A stretch of DNA of 63,970 nucleotides, the filler included, from Hyphochytrium catenoides (lineage: Eukaryota > Protista > Hyphochytriomycota), in assembly GCA_900088475.1 (NCBI GenBank). It is 7 parts of 7 records of this genome, joined end to end, with 100 filler letters (N's around TTAATTAATTAA, not from the genome) between each part and the next. Parts side by side here need not be neighbours in the genome. Positions count along the whole stretch, not along the records: positions 4,533 to 32,015 come from FLMG01001530.1; 6 more parts are not named here. One strand, 5' to 3'. Positions 11,826 to 25,595 of this stretch are shown here, one piece after another. The position numbers and the translations under genes are program-made. Numbering within the stretch: position 1 is the first letter of the stretch; the number at the start of each line of letters is the position of its first letter. A model generated the notes under the pieces. The model did no database searches. It was not told the DNA's origin and saw nothing but the letters and a program-made list of their open reading frames with translations.

Positions 11826-13028
11826 GAGAGAGGGAGAGAGAGAGAGAGGGTTGAGGGGGAGAGAGGGTGAGGGGGAGAGAGCGAGACAGAGTGATCTGAG
11901 AGAGAGGGTGAGAGAGAGGGAGAGGGTGTAGGTGAGAGAGCGAGAGAGAGACAGAGCGAGAGTGTGTTAGTGGTGACAGGCAGAGCAGCAGAGAGTTCTT
12001 TACGCCAGAGATGAGAGAGAGAAGAGAGAGGAGAAGAGAGAGGAGAGAGAGAAGAGAGAGAGACAGAGAGAGAGAGAGAAGATAGAAGAGAGAGACAAAA
12101 GGAGTGAAGGGGGAGGAAGAAGGTGGATCATCGTTTAGAAAGCAAATAAGGAGATGAAGAAGATGAGTTGATGAGGACGGGCGGGGACATAGGTAAGAGA
12201 AGCGCAAGAGAGAGAGAAGAAGAGGAGCGACGGGGTAAGGAGAGGGAAAGACGAGAGAAGAAGAGAGAGAGAGAGAGAGAGATTAGAGAGAGAGAAGAGT
12301 AAAAAAAATGACCAGCATTGTCAGTTTAAAGTGAAAGAAGTGAAGAACAGAAGAGAGCGTTAGTCGTCCCCGCTCCTGCCATCCATCCGGCTGACTAATT
12401 TTAGTTGGGCAGGTTCTTCCTTTGCAATCTCTGTCTTCTCTCTTTCTTCCCTCTCATTGTTTGTCTCTTCTTACTCTCTGTCTCCCTCTCCTTCTCTTTT
12501 TTCTCTCTCTCTTTCTCTGTTTCGTCTCACTTTGTGTACCTGCCTTTCCTTCTTGCAGATCCTCCTCTTCTGCAGAAATGTCCCTCAGGGTCCACCAGAA
12601 GTCAATCGCGGACAAGAGGCAGGAGAGAAAGTGGAGGAGAGAAAGAGGAAGAAAGACAGAAAGAGGGAGAGAGAAAGTTAGAGGTAATGACGAGGACGAG
12701 GGGGAGAGAGAGCGGAGAGAGAGAGAGAGGGAGAGAGAGAGACCATGCCATTTGCAATCTCTCTCTCTAAAACTGTCCAGTTCAGTAACATTTTGCCCAA
12801 TAATCCCATCAACGTATCCGTCCTAGAGCTTTCTGTGTCTCTGTTTGTCCCGTCTTCAGAAGAGAATCTTTCCTGGCCTCAACGGCGGGCACAGCCATTT
12901 CTCTCATTTTAAATCAGCAGACACTCTCTCTCAATCTCTCTCTCATTCTCTCTCCCTGAACCTCTCTCTCTCTTTCGCCGCCTTACTCTCTTCTCTTTCT
13001 CTACCAATATCTCGTTTGCTCGGTGATA

Positions 13029-13435
13029 ATGCTGAAGTATGGAGCTCCAGGGCCTGCTCGAGGAGGAGGAGGAACGTCTCTTCCGTCCTCGGGGGCGGGA
13101 GCAACTCTCTCCGCGGCAGGTCCGGACGTGGTAGTCAAATGCCCGCATTGTCACAATCTTCTTCGTCTTCCTGTCTCTCTCTCTTCTCCTCTCCCTCCCT
13201 CCTGCCAATGTCCCTCCTGCTCGGAGACAGTGAATGTCCAAGAGGCTCTCTGTCTCATTCCCGTGGCCACACCCGTGGGGCCTGAGGCACAGAACTACTT
13301 TCAAACACCAGGAGGGCAGCCAGGTAACGAGAAAAAGAATGCATCTCTTCCTCCTCCTCCTCCTCCTCTCCCGCTTTTGTCATTTCTCTCTCTCTCTCTC
13401 TCTCTCTTTTTTCTTTCTGTATGTGTGTGTCTCTC

Positions 13436-13480
<45 letters not shown>

Positions 13481-14901
13481 ATGTCTCTCTCTCTTCTCCT
13501 CTCTCTCTTTGGAGAAGTGTGTGTCTCTCTCTCTGTCTCTCGGTCTTTCGCACTTCACTTTTTTCTTTCTTTCTCTCCACTATTTGTCTCTCTCAATCTA
13601 CTACTATCTGTCTATTATTATATAGACGCGAGTTCCTCATCAATCTTCTGCACCTTCACTCCGTCTTCTGTCTCCTCTTCTGTCTCTCTCCAGCTTACGC
13701 CCAGCAGCCCGGCCAGCCGCAATATGCCGTACAGATCTATGGACAGCCTTCCTCTCCGTCTCTTCTCGCTGCACTGGAGCCTTCTCTTCCTCCTCCGCAG
13801 CAGCCATCTTTTCTTCCCTCCGCCTCCTCTCTCCCCTCCCATCATCAGTATTACCCCGGCCTCTCTCCTTCTCTCTCTCCTTCTCTCCCTCTCTCTCCCG
13901 CTCCGCCCGTGACGACAGTGATGATCGTCCAGTCTCCCGTGATGTTCACTCCTCAGGGCGCTCAGCCGATTATTATGGGATCCTGGGCCACTGACCTCTG
14001 TGGATGCTGCAATGACTCCAAGGGATTGATGATCTGTACGTTGGTGTCTGTCTCTCTCTCCTCTCTCTCTCTCTTATGTCTCTCTCTCTCTCTCTCTTTC
14101 TCTCTCTTTCTCTGTCCTCTCTCCCTTACTCTTACTTCTCAATCTCTCTCTCTGTCTCCTCGGGCTTGTGCTGAGCTGTCTATACTCCTCAAGAGAGCTA
14201 TTCTTCCCTTTTCCTCAGGCTATAACAACATTCATTGTCCACATCTATGGCGCCTCTAACGTTCACTCTCTCTCTCTCTCTTTCTCTCTCCCTCTCTCTC
14301 TCTTTCGCTCCCCCTCTCTCTCTTTCTCTGGCTCTCTCTCTCTCTCTTTCTTTCTCTTTCTCTTGCTCTCTCTTCCCCTCTCTTTTTCTTTCTCTCCCTC
14401 TCTCTTTCTTCCTCCCCCTCTCTTCTTCTTCTTTCCCTACCTCTCATTCTTCCTTTCTCTCCCTCCTCTCTCTCTCTCTTCCTCTCTTTCTCTCTTCTTC
14501 TCTCTCTCTCTCTCATCCTTTGCCTACCGTTCTCTGCCGTTCGATGGCCAGGCACCTGCGCCGTATTTTGCCCCTGCATCCCCTACGCGATGACCAACGC
14601 CAGGACAGGAATGTCCAGTTTCTCTTTCTCTCTCCTTCTCTTTGGTCTGTTCCAAGCCTTCCGCTTCGCTTTCTCTCTGTATGACTCTTTCTACTATCAG
14701 TACTATTACTATGAGGACGAGAGAGAGGGGAGAGAGAGAGGCGCGACGAGGTATGAGACCTCTTATGGTGTATATTATGAGGAAGAGAGACTGCAGTTCT
14801 CTTTCCACGAGTTTCTCCTGGATAATACGCTGCTTGGATGGATCACTTTCTTCCTCGTCTGGAGACAAAGGAGATACGTGAGGAATCTGCTAAAGCTGCC
14901 G

Positions 14902-14955
<54 letters not shown>

Positions 14956-15272
14956 TTCTGTCATCTCTTTGCTCTCTCTTTCATGGTTACCGTCACTCGC
15001 TTTAAACCATTCTCCCTCTCCTCCACACCCTCCGATTCTCTCTTTCCATTGCTCTCGATTGCTTCTCTGTCCCACTCTTTCCGCGGTGTGTCTCTCTCTT
15101 GTGCCCATAGTAGTCTCTCTCGACCACCGGCCATTCCTCCTCTGTCTCTTCTTCTCTCCTTTTTGCGGCCCTCTCCTTTTCTTTCTTTAATTTAGCCCCC
15201 GCATGAGGCATGAGCCAGTCCTATCTATCGTCTCTTCCTTTTCTACTCTGTCGTCTTCTTCTTCTTCTTTCT

Positions 15273-15318
<46 letters not shown>

Positions 15319-15552
15319 CCTCTCTCGCGCTCTCTCTCTCTCTCTCTCTCTGCTCTCTGTTTGTTCCGCTCATCCCCTCTCTCTCTCTCTTTATAGGGCA
15401 GTTGGCTAGGCGATTGTTGCATCTCTTGGTGGTGCAGCTGTCTCTCTCTCATCCAATTGACGCTGCAGGTGGACGCGATGGACGGAGATCATCTTTTCAC
15501 TCCCAAGCCCAGGCTGCAGATCCCAGGAGTGATGCCGCATATGCATCGATAA
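13029..15552 (+). CDS. PLAC8/cornifelin family Cys-rich protein with N-terminal Zn ribbon and Pro/Gln-rich linker
   Basis: Exons 13029-13323, 13694-14035, 14552-14901 and 15397-15552, all phase-consistent. PLAC8 motifs: GSWATDLCGCCND, CAVFCPCIPYA, RRYVRNLLKLP/GSWLGDCCISWWCSCLSLIQL. N-terminal CPHC...CQCPSC. Confidence 0.88.
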
Positions 15553-15564
15553 GAGAGAGAGTCA

Positions 15565-15620
<56 letters not shown>

Positions 15621-15889
15621 AAGAGAGAGAAAATCATCACGCCAACAGCTAACAATGCGCATCCTTTCAGATTTTTCTTCTACTTCTCGGTGCCGCTCGT
15701 TCCTTTCTTTGGCTGTTGTCTCTCTCTCTCTCTCTCTCTCTTTGTGTTCCCTGACCTTCTCTCTCTTCGTCTCCCCTCATATCACTGTTTCCTCTAAGTT
15801 AAATTATTGACTTGGCTTCTCTTCTTGGTCACCCGCGTCTCCCTTTCAATTCTTTCTCCCCTTTTCTCTCTCTTTTCTCAATTTTCTTC

Positions 15890-15924
<35 letters not shown>

Positions 15925-16271
15925 CCTCTCTGGAGTGCGTCAATGCCACGTCATGATGCACTTATAAGTTAAGAGACTGGGCAACCTGAGGGAGAAAGAA
16001 AGAAGAAATGCAGAATGTAAAAGAGAAGAGATTCAGGGGAGAGCGAGCGACGAGAGAGAGAGAGACGATGTGGAATCGTCGTAGAGGGAGACGAGGAGGG
16101 AGAGAGACTCTGATGAGCGGGGATAGAGTGATGAGACGCCGGAATAAGAGCAACAGCTACCTTTTAGAGAAAAGAAGATGAGCAAAAAGAAAAATAGAAG
16201 CGATTGTCCTCTTTCTTGACTCTTCGTAAAGTCGATTGAATGGTCACGAGCGGCGGACCTCGAAAGAGAGA

Positions 16272-16302
<31 letters not shown>

Positions 16303-16428
16303 TGTAGGAGCAACAACAAGCTCTGAGCACCCTTATCCAGACGAAAGCAGACAAAGGCAGATCAGTACAAGTAGCACGCAGCGAGAGAAGAGAACGCCTG
16401 CAGCGGTAGAGCAAGAGAGAGAGTGAGT

Positions 16429-16464
<36 letters not shown>

Positions 16465-16845
16465 GGAGAGAGAGAGAGAAAGAGCAAGGAAGAGAGAGAG
16501 AGACGAAGAGAGAGAAAGAGAGAAAGAGCAAGAGAAGAGATAGAGAGACACAGAGACACAGAGAGAGAGACAAAGAGCAAAAAGAGAGAGAGAGAATGCA
16601 GCAGCAGCAGCAGCCGCAAGAAGGCCCAGCTGTCTCTCAACAATGAGAAGCTTCAACAGGACCTTGTGGTACAAACATGAAAGCGGGAAACTACGGAAAC
16701 CTTAAATATGAATCTTTCAAGTTCGAAATGAGTCGCATTATAGGGCTGGATTTACCATGGACCCGCGGAAATCAAAGATGACTTCAATGAAAGGTGAAAT
16801 ATTCCGACGNNNNNNNNNNNNNNNNNNNNNNNNNNNNNNNNNNNN

Positions 16846-16900
<55 letters not shown>

Positions 16901-17022
16901 CTCTTGCCATCTGTGTCTCTTACCATTTCTCCTCCTCGGTATCTTTGTATCGCTTTCCTTCTCTGCCCTTGCTCACTTTACATGTGCCTCTCTCTCTTCC
17001 TCTCTTTCTCTTACCTTTACTG

Positions 17023-17057
<35 letters not shown>

Positions 17058-17327
17058 CCTTCCTCTCCAGATCCCTCTACCTTGCACCTTCCTCTCTCTC
17101 TCTGTTGCTGCACGAAAAGCCATGCTCCCTCAGCCCGGCTGGGGTTCGTAGATTTAGTGGTTGTGCTCTTCTTCTGACATTCCGCGTCTCCCCTTCTCTC
17201 CTCCAACTATCTCTCCTCTCAGTAGACCAAGTAACTCTCTCTCTCTCCCAGCCGCTGCTCACCACGGCAAGTGAAAATACATTTCAGCAGCAGCAGGATA
17301 CCATTGACGGAGAGGAGAGACACGGAA

Positions 17328-17358
<31 letters not shown>

Positions 17359-17524
17359 CCGGTCTGACAGGAAAGTTCTTGGCATGGCAGCAGCCCGGAG
17401 AAAGACGAAGAGAAGCAGATAAGCTTCGCCTTCATTTACAGTCTACTCTCTCCTCTTGACACTTGCTTCAAGCCGTAGCAGAAATTTCCACTCTCTTTTC
17501 TGCAGACAGACACTATTGCTCAAA

Positions 17525-17569
<45 letters not shown>

Positions 17570-18300
17570 AGAGNNNNNNNNNNNNNNNNNNNNNNNNNNN
17601 NNNNNNNNNNNNNNNNNNNNNNNNCTTCTCTCGAGGGGAAGAAAGAGAGAGAGAGAGGTTCTTCCCTCTTCTCACTCCTCCCGTAGAAGAGCCAAGTCTC
17701 GAAGGAAAGAGTGAAGAAAATGACCAGGAAGAAGAGCTTGACTCTCTCTCTCATCGTTCTCCCTCTCCCTCCGAGCAGCCGTTGCTCTCAAACTTTAGCT
17801 GGCGGAATCCGATCTGGTCACTCTGTTTCGCAGAGAGACACCCGCCTCGGCCNNNNNNNNNNNNNNNNNAGAGAGAGAGAGAGAGAGAGAGAGGGAGGGA
17901 GAAAGCGAGAGAGGGGGAGAGAGAGAGAGAGAGAAAGAGAGAGGAGTGCAATGTGAGAGGGAGACGAAGTGTGAATGGGAAAGTGGACAAAGTCAGAAGG
18001 GACAGAGAATGAGAAGAAGAGAGGCGCATTTAGCCAAAAGCTTTCACTGTTCGTGTGACCTTTCAGACTTCATCTGTCTCCTTTGACTGTCTCTTTCTCT
18101 CTTTTAAGCTCTCTCCCTCTCTCTCTCTCTCTCGCTCTCGCTCTCTCTCTTTCTACTTCTTCGTCACTCTCCCTCTCCCTCTTGTGTGCACATATATCTG
18201 TTACTTGCGATCTGACCTATTCTCATGGTGTCGCTTCTCGTTCTCTGCTTCCTCTCTCCCGTCTTCCATCCTGTTATAATCTCTCTCTCCCTCTCTCTCC

Positions 18301-18340
<40 letters not shown>

Positions 18341-18373
18341 TCTTTCCTCCCTCCTGTGGCCTCCTCCTTCAAG

Positions 18374-18557
18374 ATGGACCCGTGGGAGAGGTGGCGCTTG
18401 TATGGCCATTTCCCTTGGAAGCTGACAGTATTGACCCTGCTCGTCGTTCTCTTTACCCTGGAGATCAAGCTCACAGACTGGGAGATGTTCTATCAGGTGA
18501 GGGCACTTGGATATGGAAAAAAGGAAGATGGAGACAGGGAGAGGAGGGAGACAGAGC

Positions 18558-18590
<33 letters not shown>

Positions 18591-21500
18591 CAGACAGGGA
18601 GAGAGGGTGTGGGGGGGAGAGAGAGAGGCACAAAAAAGAATAGATGTTCTAGCAAGACAGAGCACTGGCCCACTACTTTACTCCCACCCTGTGGAGCCCT
18701 TGGTGTTTGGTGCTCTCTCTCTCTCTCTTTTTCGTTGTCTCTTCTCTAAAGCCGTCTCTGCTCTTTCTCGTTTATGCCTCTCTCGCTCTCATTGTGGCTG
18801 TTTGCCTAATAATCTCCCAGGGAGACATGAAAGAAAGTATCCATCGGATGCTCCTACCCGATGACTCGCGGTTTGCCTTTAAGGACAACAAAGATCTGAG
18901 AACAGAGTATCACAGCGCCGCGTCTCTTCTCACAGACGTGCAGAAGATAGTGCAGAACTTCTATAACATGGACAAGGGCTCGATGGGGATGCTCACAGTC
19001 CCTTCCACGCCCACAGAGCGGCAGATTCCGCCGCAGATCATCATTCGGCGATATAACACTACCAAGCAAGACATATTGTCTGGCAGAGCCAGTCTAAAGG
19101 ACACTCCCATGGTAAGAGAGAGAAAAGGAGAGAGAAGTAAATCCAATGGAATCTCTCTAGAATCTCTTTCTAATACTTTATGTATGGAACTCCGTCTCTA
19201 TCTGCAGATTGTCGACTTTTACAATGTCACCAATGATTATCCTTTGGGAGAGCTTCCCGTCTGTGAGAATAACAATCCAGATGTGATCAGAAGATGGAAA
19301 AAAGAGACGAAGGTAGAAGGGAAGGTCATTCGGAAAGAGATGCATAAGTATAACAAAGAGGAGAAGAAGCGCTATAAGGAAGGCGAGATCTCGAAAGAGG
19401 TTAGAGTCTGGAGATTCTGCAGATATCCTTCAATCTCTGCCCTTATGCTTAACTGTTTCCGTCACTGTTGCCCTATTCTCACCTTAACACATTGCATTCC
19501 TGCCATGTGCGCAATCCCTTACTCTCCGCACGGACTCCATGGTTAATCAAGCACCTGGTCCTTTTCTCTGAGCTCTCTCTCTCTCTCTCTCATTCTCTCT
19601 CTCTCTCTCTCTCTGTCTTTCATTCTTCCGTCCTCTTCTTATCTCGTCACACATGCATGCTTTTGTAGAGTTCGCAGCAGTGATCGTCCGGTCTCTAGCC
19701 CTATATTTCGCGGTGTATCTCTCGCATTCTCTCTCTCTTGGTTCCTCTCCCTCACTGGCATGGCCACTTTCCTTTGACTCTGTTTCTAACAGTGGGACCT
19801 ATTTCTCTCGATGACAGGAGTACAAGCAGCGCGTGAAGGCAGACAAGAAAGCTCTGAAGGACGCTTATGGCTTCGGCCCCAACTATCGCTTTGGGGATAG
19901 CGAGGACGATGATGGTACGTCTTTTCTCCTTTTCCTCGAGAGAGACAAGGAATACACTGTTCTGTCTCTCTCTCTCTCTCTCTCTCCCTGTTCTCTCTCT
20001 CTCTCTCTGATTGTCTCTCTTTTATTTAATGGGATCACCCCCTAGCGTCCATGGACCAACCTTTTTGACCTGAATACTATCTCTCTTTCGCTTAATCCGG
20101 CTCCCATTCTCTCTGTGCACCTATCTTCCCCGCTTTGTCTCTCTCGGTGAGCAAGTGTTCCCATTATCTATCTATCTCACCACGAACTCCGTCCCACTCT
20201 CTTCTCCACCTTTCCTCTCCCATTCCTGTCTCTCTCTTTCTTTCTTTCCCTCCCGTCTACCTTCTCTTAGATCCTCGGAGCTCGGCTCGCCCTCCCCCTA
20301 TCTACATCCCGGAAGAAGCTCTTCCTGAGAAATGCTCTTCTTCTCGCGACTATGAGCTGACAAGGAACTTCTTCTCCACTCTGGTCGAGATGGTCGTGCA
20401 AGTCCACGTCTTCACTCTGTCTGCCAGTGAGACGCAGGGCCTGGAATGCTTTCGATGGAGAGTGAACTTCAACTTTCATTTCTCTTCCCATCGCGCGAAG
20501 ATGATCATGAAGAGCGCGGATAACGTGAAGTATTGCAAGGGACATTCCTTTATCAATAACTATCTCTGGTTGGATACGATCGTCGTAGGACTGTCTATCG
20601 GGGTCTTACTCTTCACGGTACGACTCCTTATCTCTCTCTCTCTCTCTTTTTCTCTCTCTCTCTCCTCTTCCTCTCCCTCTCTCTCTTGTTGTTCTTTCTG
20701 TCTATTCTTTCTTCCCTTGTCTGCTTTTTTTCGCTCTCTCTCTCTGTATCTCGCTCGCATTCACCCTTGCTTGTGTCTTTGGCCAATCTGCCCTCATTCG
20801 TCTGCCAACACTCTTTCTTTGCGTTCCCTCTCTTCCGCGCCGCTTTCTGGTGAAAGAGGACAGCTTTATAGTGCTCTTTCCTTTGCATATGGCATGGCTT
20901 TAGCGTGTCTCTCTTTAGAAGTAGTTGTCTTTGTCTCTCTATGCCTTTCTCACTAGTTACTATTCTCTTTCCTTTGTCTGGCCATCGCCTACCTGCTCTT
21001 TCAATGTTCTATGTCAGTTTTCTAAGAGCTCATTATTTCTCTCTCCCTCTCTCTCTAGCTGGCAGACATCGTGAAACCATTGTGGATTGCCTACCTTTAT
21101 ACGCGAGAGAACCCTGCGCTTCGAAGCCGTCCGCTCTCTAGCAAGATCCGGTTTGCTATGCGCGTCCCTGCCAGTCACGACTCAAGGTTTGTCAACCTAA
21201 TGACGCTTGCGGCCGCGGGTACTACTCTTATCTTCACGGTTACCAAGAGCCATGTCGCCCAGGAAAGCTATGGATCAGGTAAGAGAGGGAAGCCAATCTT
21301 TGCGCACCATGACCGAGTAGAGAGAGAGAATGAAATTGGTGTCACAAAGTGCAGAACTCTTTGCTTGTGATTAGCACTTGCGCTGAGAGCTTTCCCTTCC
21401 CTGCGGCCCGCTTCTCTCTCTGTCGCTAACCGTTAATAGCTCTGTCTATGTCCACACCTCTCTTCTGGCATAGTCTTTCTTCAACGCTCTCTCTCTCTCT

Positions 21501-22321
21501 AGACTTTACATTGGACTCATCTGGCTCTTTATGTCTTCTGACGTTGCTCAGGTGTCACAGCCCGCGTCTGGATGGGTCTTGCTCTCTATCTCAACTATGT
21601 GGCCATCTGCCACTACATCGTCCGCATCTGCTTTCCCTCTCACTTCAAAGTCCTTGTGCGAACCATCTCCTTCGCCCTGCCGCAGATTCGGCGCGTCCTG
21701 GTGGCTCTTCTGCCCATCTTCGTGGGCTACATGGTGGCCGGGAACATTATGTTTGGCTCTTATTCGTCGCGGTTCGCTACTTTCGGTGATGCCTTTGTCA
21801 CGCTGTTCTCTAACATCAACGGCGATGAGATCAGAGAGACAGCGAACTCTATTGACAACTCCAATCCCTTCGCCCAGCTGGTTAGCAGGCTGTACATCGT
21901 CTCTTTCATCGTGGTGTTCATCTATGGAATGCTGTCTATCACCATTGCCATCATGGAGAAGGCCTACAAGCAGAGCACAGATTCGTCCCAGACTGCCAAG
22001 GACAAGCAGGAAAAGATAGAGATTCGACGTTCTCAGCCCCCATCCCACCATCATAGAGCGAAAGAAGCACTCAAAGAACACATCGCACACTTCAAGAGAA
22101 GCTCTTCTCTTGCCTCGTCTCTCGCAGGCGGTGGATCCCCTTCTGTCTTGAGCGGCAGCGGACTGAAGGAGGGAACGAGACGAGGCACAGGAAAAGACCC
22201 AGACCGTTCCTCTGGGCGTTCCTTTGCTTCTGCGCCTCCAGCCCTGAGCTTGCCTCCAGAAGACCAGCAAGAGGACGACGACATTGTGCTTGTGAATAGG
22301 AGCCCTCCAGGGAGGGTGTAA
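18374..22321 (+). CDS. MCOLN: Mucolipin (TRPML)-like cation channel, about 679 aa
   Basis: Exons 18374-18496, 18821-19111, 19208-19399, 19818-19914, 20271-20617, 21059-21278 and 21552-22321. N-terminal MDPWERWRLYGHFPWKL, luminal ECFRWRVNFNFHF, and pore RFATFGDAFVTLFSNINGDEI followed by S6 SRLYIVSFIVVFIY. Confidence 0.9.
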
Positions 22322-22702
22322 AGCAGCTTGTGAAGGGACAGGCTACCTATTATCTGCTGTACATAGTGAGAATCTTCTGCAGAGTTTGAAGATATCTGCA
22401 GATGAAGCTTTGCCATCGTGCCTGTGGCTATAGTTCTGCTTTAGTTGTGCGACGTTTTTGCGTGAGAGTGACAATCTTTATTATTCTAAGGGCCATCAAG
22501 GCCTTGAGCGCACCAGCTCAGGACGACGCATACGCTTTGCTCTCACTCCCATATTCAGTCTTTGTGCTCTATGAGGGTTTCTCCCTTCTTGGCCTCCCTT
22601 CACGTCTTTCTCTATCTCTCGCCCTTTATGGTTGTCTTCTCTGTCTTTCTCTATTTCTTCGTCTTTGCGATTCTCACCGGAGCACCAGAGTCACATTTGG
22701 TC

Positions 22703-22749
<47 letters not shown>

Positions 22750-23633
22750 CTGCTTTCTTCCATCTGCTGTCTCTGTCATGTCAAGAGAGCTAGCCTGCCT
22801 TAGAGCTGCCCAACAGTCTTCGAGCTGCCAGAGAAGAACTTTCAACTGCAGCCCGTGTATGAACCCCAGCAAGCTGTCTGATTGTCAGGTCATATGTCTC
22901 TCTTCTATAAACTAAAAGGAGATAGAACCTATCAGATCATGCATGTTCTTGAATAACTTCTCACTGCGCACCGGAGGTGAAAAGCCCGGGAGGGAACAGT
23001 ATATGCCGTCAAAGAAGCCCCCAAAGTGAGAAGGGACAGCATGGAAGACAGGAAGAAGCGTCCCTGCTCTAGGAACGATACCCTCCGAGGGCAGTTGGGC
23101 TGTACCATGCAGACCCAAAGGAGGGCCGTCTCCTCGGTCAACAAGCTCAAGAACAGGCATGACCTTGTAGGTTTCTATCTTCTTTCGTATGCACAAGACG
23201 GACCTATCTATGACCTGACAAATTATGACAGGTTGCTAGAGGTAGCTGCCGCAGTTGCGGCTCCTTAGCTGTCTTTCTTCTAACTTCTTCTATCGCCACA
23301 TCACTGTTGAGGCTCGAGGCCCAACTAGGCTCATCGTGTCATCGATGTTTTGATATGCATAATGGAAGAGTCGCGACAGGCTGAAGCAGTTGGTGGATCG
23401 TCATTGTGTTATTATGTGCAAACGGTCAAGGTTATCACTCTTTTTTGAGACAGAGGAGCGCGAGAAGTCTTTGTACAAGAGAAAAATAAGAGAAAAAGAG
23501 AGACACGAAGACGGATAACGAACAGGGAGCACGAGAGAAAGGAGAGAAAGGTGAGAGACACAGAGGAGATGCACTTGCAGAGCAAGCAGTCTATAGCATA
23601 GAGCCTGCTTTCTCACTATCTCATCGTCGCCCT

Positions 23634-23671
<38 letters not shown>

Positions 23672-23742
23672 CCTCCTTCCAAAACGAGAGAAAGCTTTAT
23701 AAAAATAATGGGGAGGAGTGGAGGAGAGAGAGAGAAAGAGGT

Positions 23743-25032
23743 TTAGGGTCCTTTCCATGACATGTCATCTGGGTCTGTCACATAATCCTTGGGGCCAATC
23801 TCATGATCGTCATCAAAGTTTGACTCGGAGGGCATGAGGGATCCCCATGAGCCAGAGAACTCTGGAGAAGTCCCGCCATCGTTGGAAGAAGGACTAGTAG
23901 GATCCTCTCCTGAAGCCACAAGTATCCTCTCTGACACTCTCAGGCCAGAGATAGACATCTTCTCTCCCTTTCTAGAGTCTCTGCCTGCTGGATAGATGAG
24001 AATCTCCTTTGCCTTAGGCTTTCCATCCATTAGGCCCGACTCCAAGATGCTCTGTGCTTGATATTCTTCATTGTCCTTGCGCGGAGCAATCGTCCAGAAA
24101 GACCAATAGATGAGGAACACGCCAAACATCTGGAAGACAGAGAACATATCGAAGGGATATTCTGCCTTGCAGAGCGGCGCCACCTCCACTGAGACGGCGG
24201 CGCTCATCATGCAGGTATTATATTCAAACCACGGGTTCCGTTGAATGCCATTGAATCCTTGCAACATGACAGAGAACTGATAAGCCGCCAGAGCGATGCC
24301 GATAATGGCTGCCACTGCTACAATCTTCAGCACTTTCGACTGCCTTGAGATCCATGCCAGAGCTCTCAGAGGCCAGATAAGGTCACTTCCTACGTCCACA
24401 TCATGGAACTTCTCGGCCTCTTTGATCTTCCTATCTAGCTTGACGCCCACATAGACAAGATATGCCACGCCAGAGACCGTGAGCACGAAGAGGACTGTGA
24501 ACATGATAGCGTTGAGCTTAGGATCATCCGTTTGTTCTCTGCCCGTGCGAATGACTGTTCCCACAATGAGCGTCACCCAGGTAAGAATAGAGTAAGTGAT
24601 AGCCACGAGCTGCAACCTCTTTCTTCCTCGCTTCTCCTTCGACCCCAGGCTGGTCAGAAGGCCTGCCCAGATCGTGATAATGTAGAAGCCAATGCTATAG
24701 ATAGCAGCGGTGCACACCGAGCGGACGAAAGAGTCAGCCATAACGGGCACTACGGCGCCGAAGCCTGCAGGGTCAATGCCTCGGACAATAAAAGTCCCGG
24801 AAGAGAGCAAGAGAAAGATGTAGACGCCCTTCTGGATGGAGCTTCCAGCCTTGGTGAAGACGCGATAGAGCTGCAGACCACAGGCTAAAGAGGCTAAGAC
24901 GCCAAAGACTTTGAAGACAACCTGCCAGGCATAGTAATGGCCTTCAACCTTTGAGGCGTAAACGACCGTACAATCTGGCAGGACATACGGGAAGACGCAT
25001 CCTGTGGAGCTTTGGAAGTGTCCCCCGCTCAT
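23743..25032 (-). CDS. Intronless 7-TM membrane protein, TOM1/THH1/GPR137-like (paralog 1)
   Basis: Single ORF from ATG 25032 (MSGGHFQSSTGCVFPYVLPDC). Seven hydrophobic helices, RGIDPAGFG after TM2, acidic Ser-rich tail. The family name is an inference. Confidence 0.8.
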   Translation of the reverse strand: MSGGHFQSSTGCVFPYVLPDCTVVYASKVEGHYYAWQVVFKVFGVLASLACGLQLYRVFTKAGSSIQKGVYIFLLLSSGTFIVRGIDPAGFGAVVPVMADSFVRSVCTAAIYSIGFYIITIWAGLLTSLGSKEKRGRKRLQLVAITYSILTWVTLIVGTVIRTGREQTDDPKLNAIMFTVLFVLTVSGVAYLVYVGVKLDRKIKEAEKFHDVDVGSDLIWPLRALAWISRQSKVLKIVAVAAIIGIALAAYQFSVMLQGFNGIQRNPWFEYNTCMMSAAVSVEVAPLCKAEYPFDMFSVFQMFGVFLIYWSFWTIAPRKDNEEYQAQSILESGLMDGKPKAKEILIYPAGRDSRKGEKMSISGLRVSERILVASGEDPTSPSSNDGGTSPEFSGSWGSLMPSESNFDDDHEIGPKDYVTDPDDMSWKGP

Positions 25033-25316
25033 CTTTCCCCTGATGACAAAGCAAGGCAGCAGAGCTTGTGATGATGCTACAGAGGCGAGCAAAAAGCTCT
25101 AGAAATCTACAGAAGAAGACGATGTCACAGAGAAAGAGAGATTTTCAGACTGGCAACTGAGAGACTGGCGGACATTTCACTTTGACATGCAGTCGCTTCC
25201 TTGTTCAGTGATGAGTGACGAGTGAAGGACCAGGCGAGACTGGAGATCGTGCAGCTGAGAGAGGGGTAAGGGGAGAAAGAGAGAGAGAGAGAGAGACAAA
25301 GAGATACGCCTAGACA

Positions 25317-25361
<45 letters not shown>

Positions 25362-25540
25362 AGGAGAATGCAAAGAGAAATGCACAGCAGAAGGGAGATG
25401 ATGTCCTCAGTGCAAGATGGTCCCCTTTTTTTGGCTGCGCTCTTCCTAAGTTTATGTCCTTCTGTCCAGCTCAGCTCCTTGCAGTGCTTAGACTTTGGGC
25501 ACCCACCACTCTCCCTGACGCTCCTCGTCTCTCTTCCTCT

Positions 25541-25595
<55 letters not shown>

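Noticed and set aside
22912-23268. Small gene downstream of mucolipin
   Set aside because: Overlapping short ORFs on both strands with no motif or convincing splice structure.
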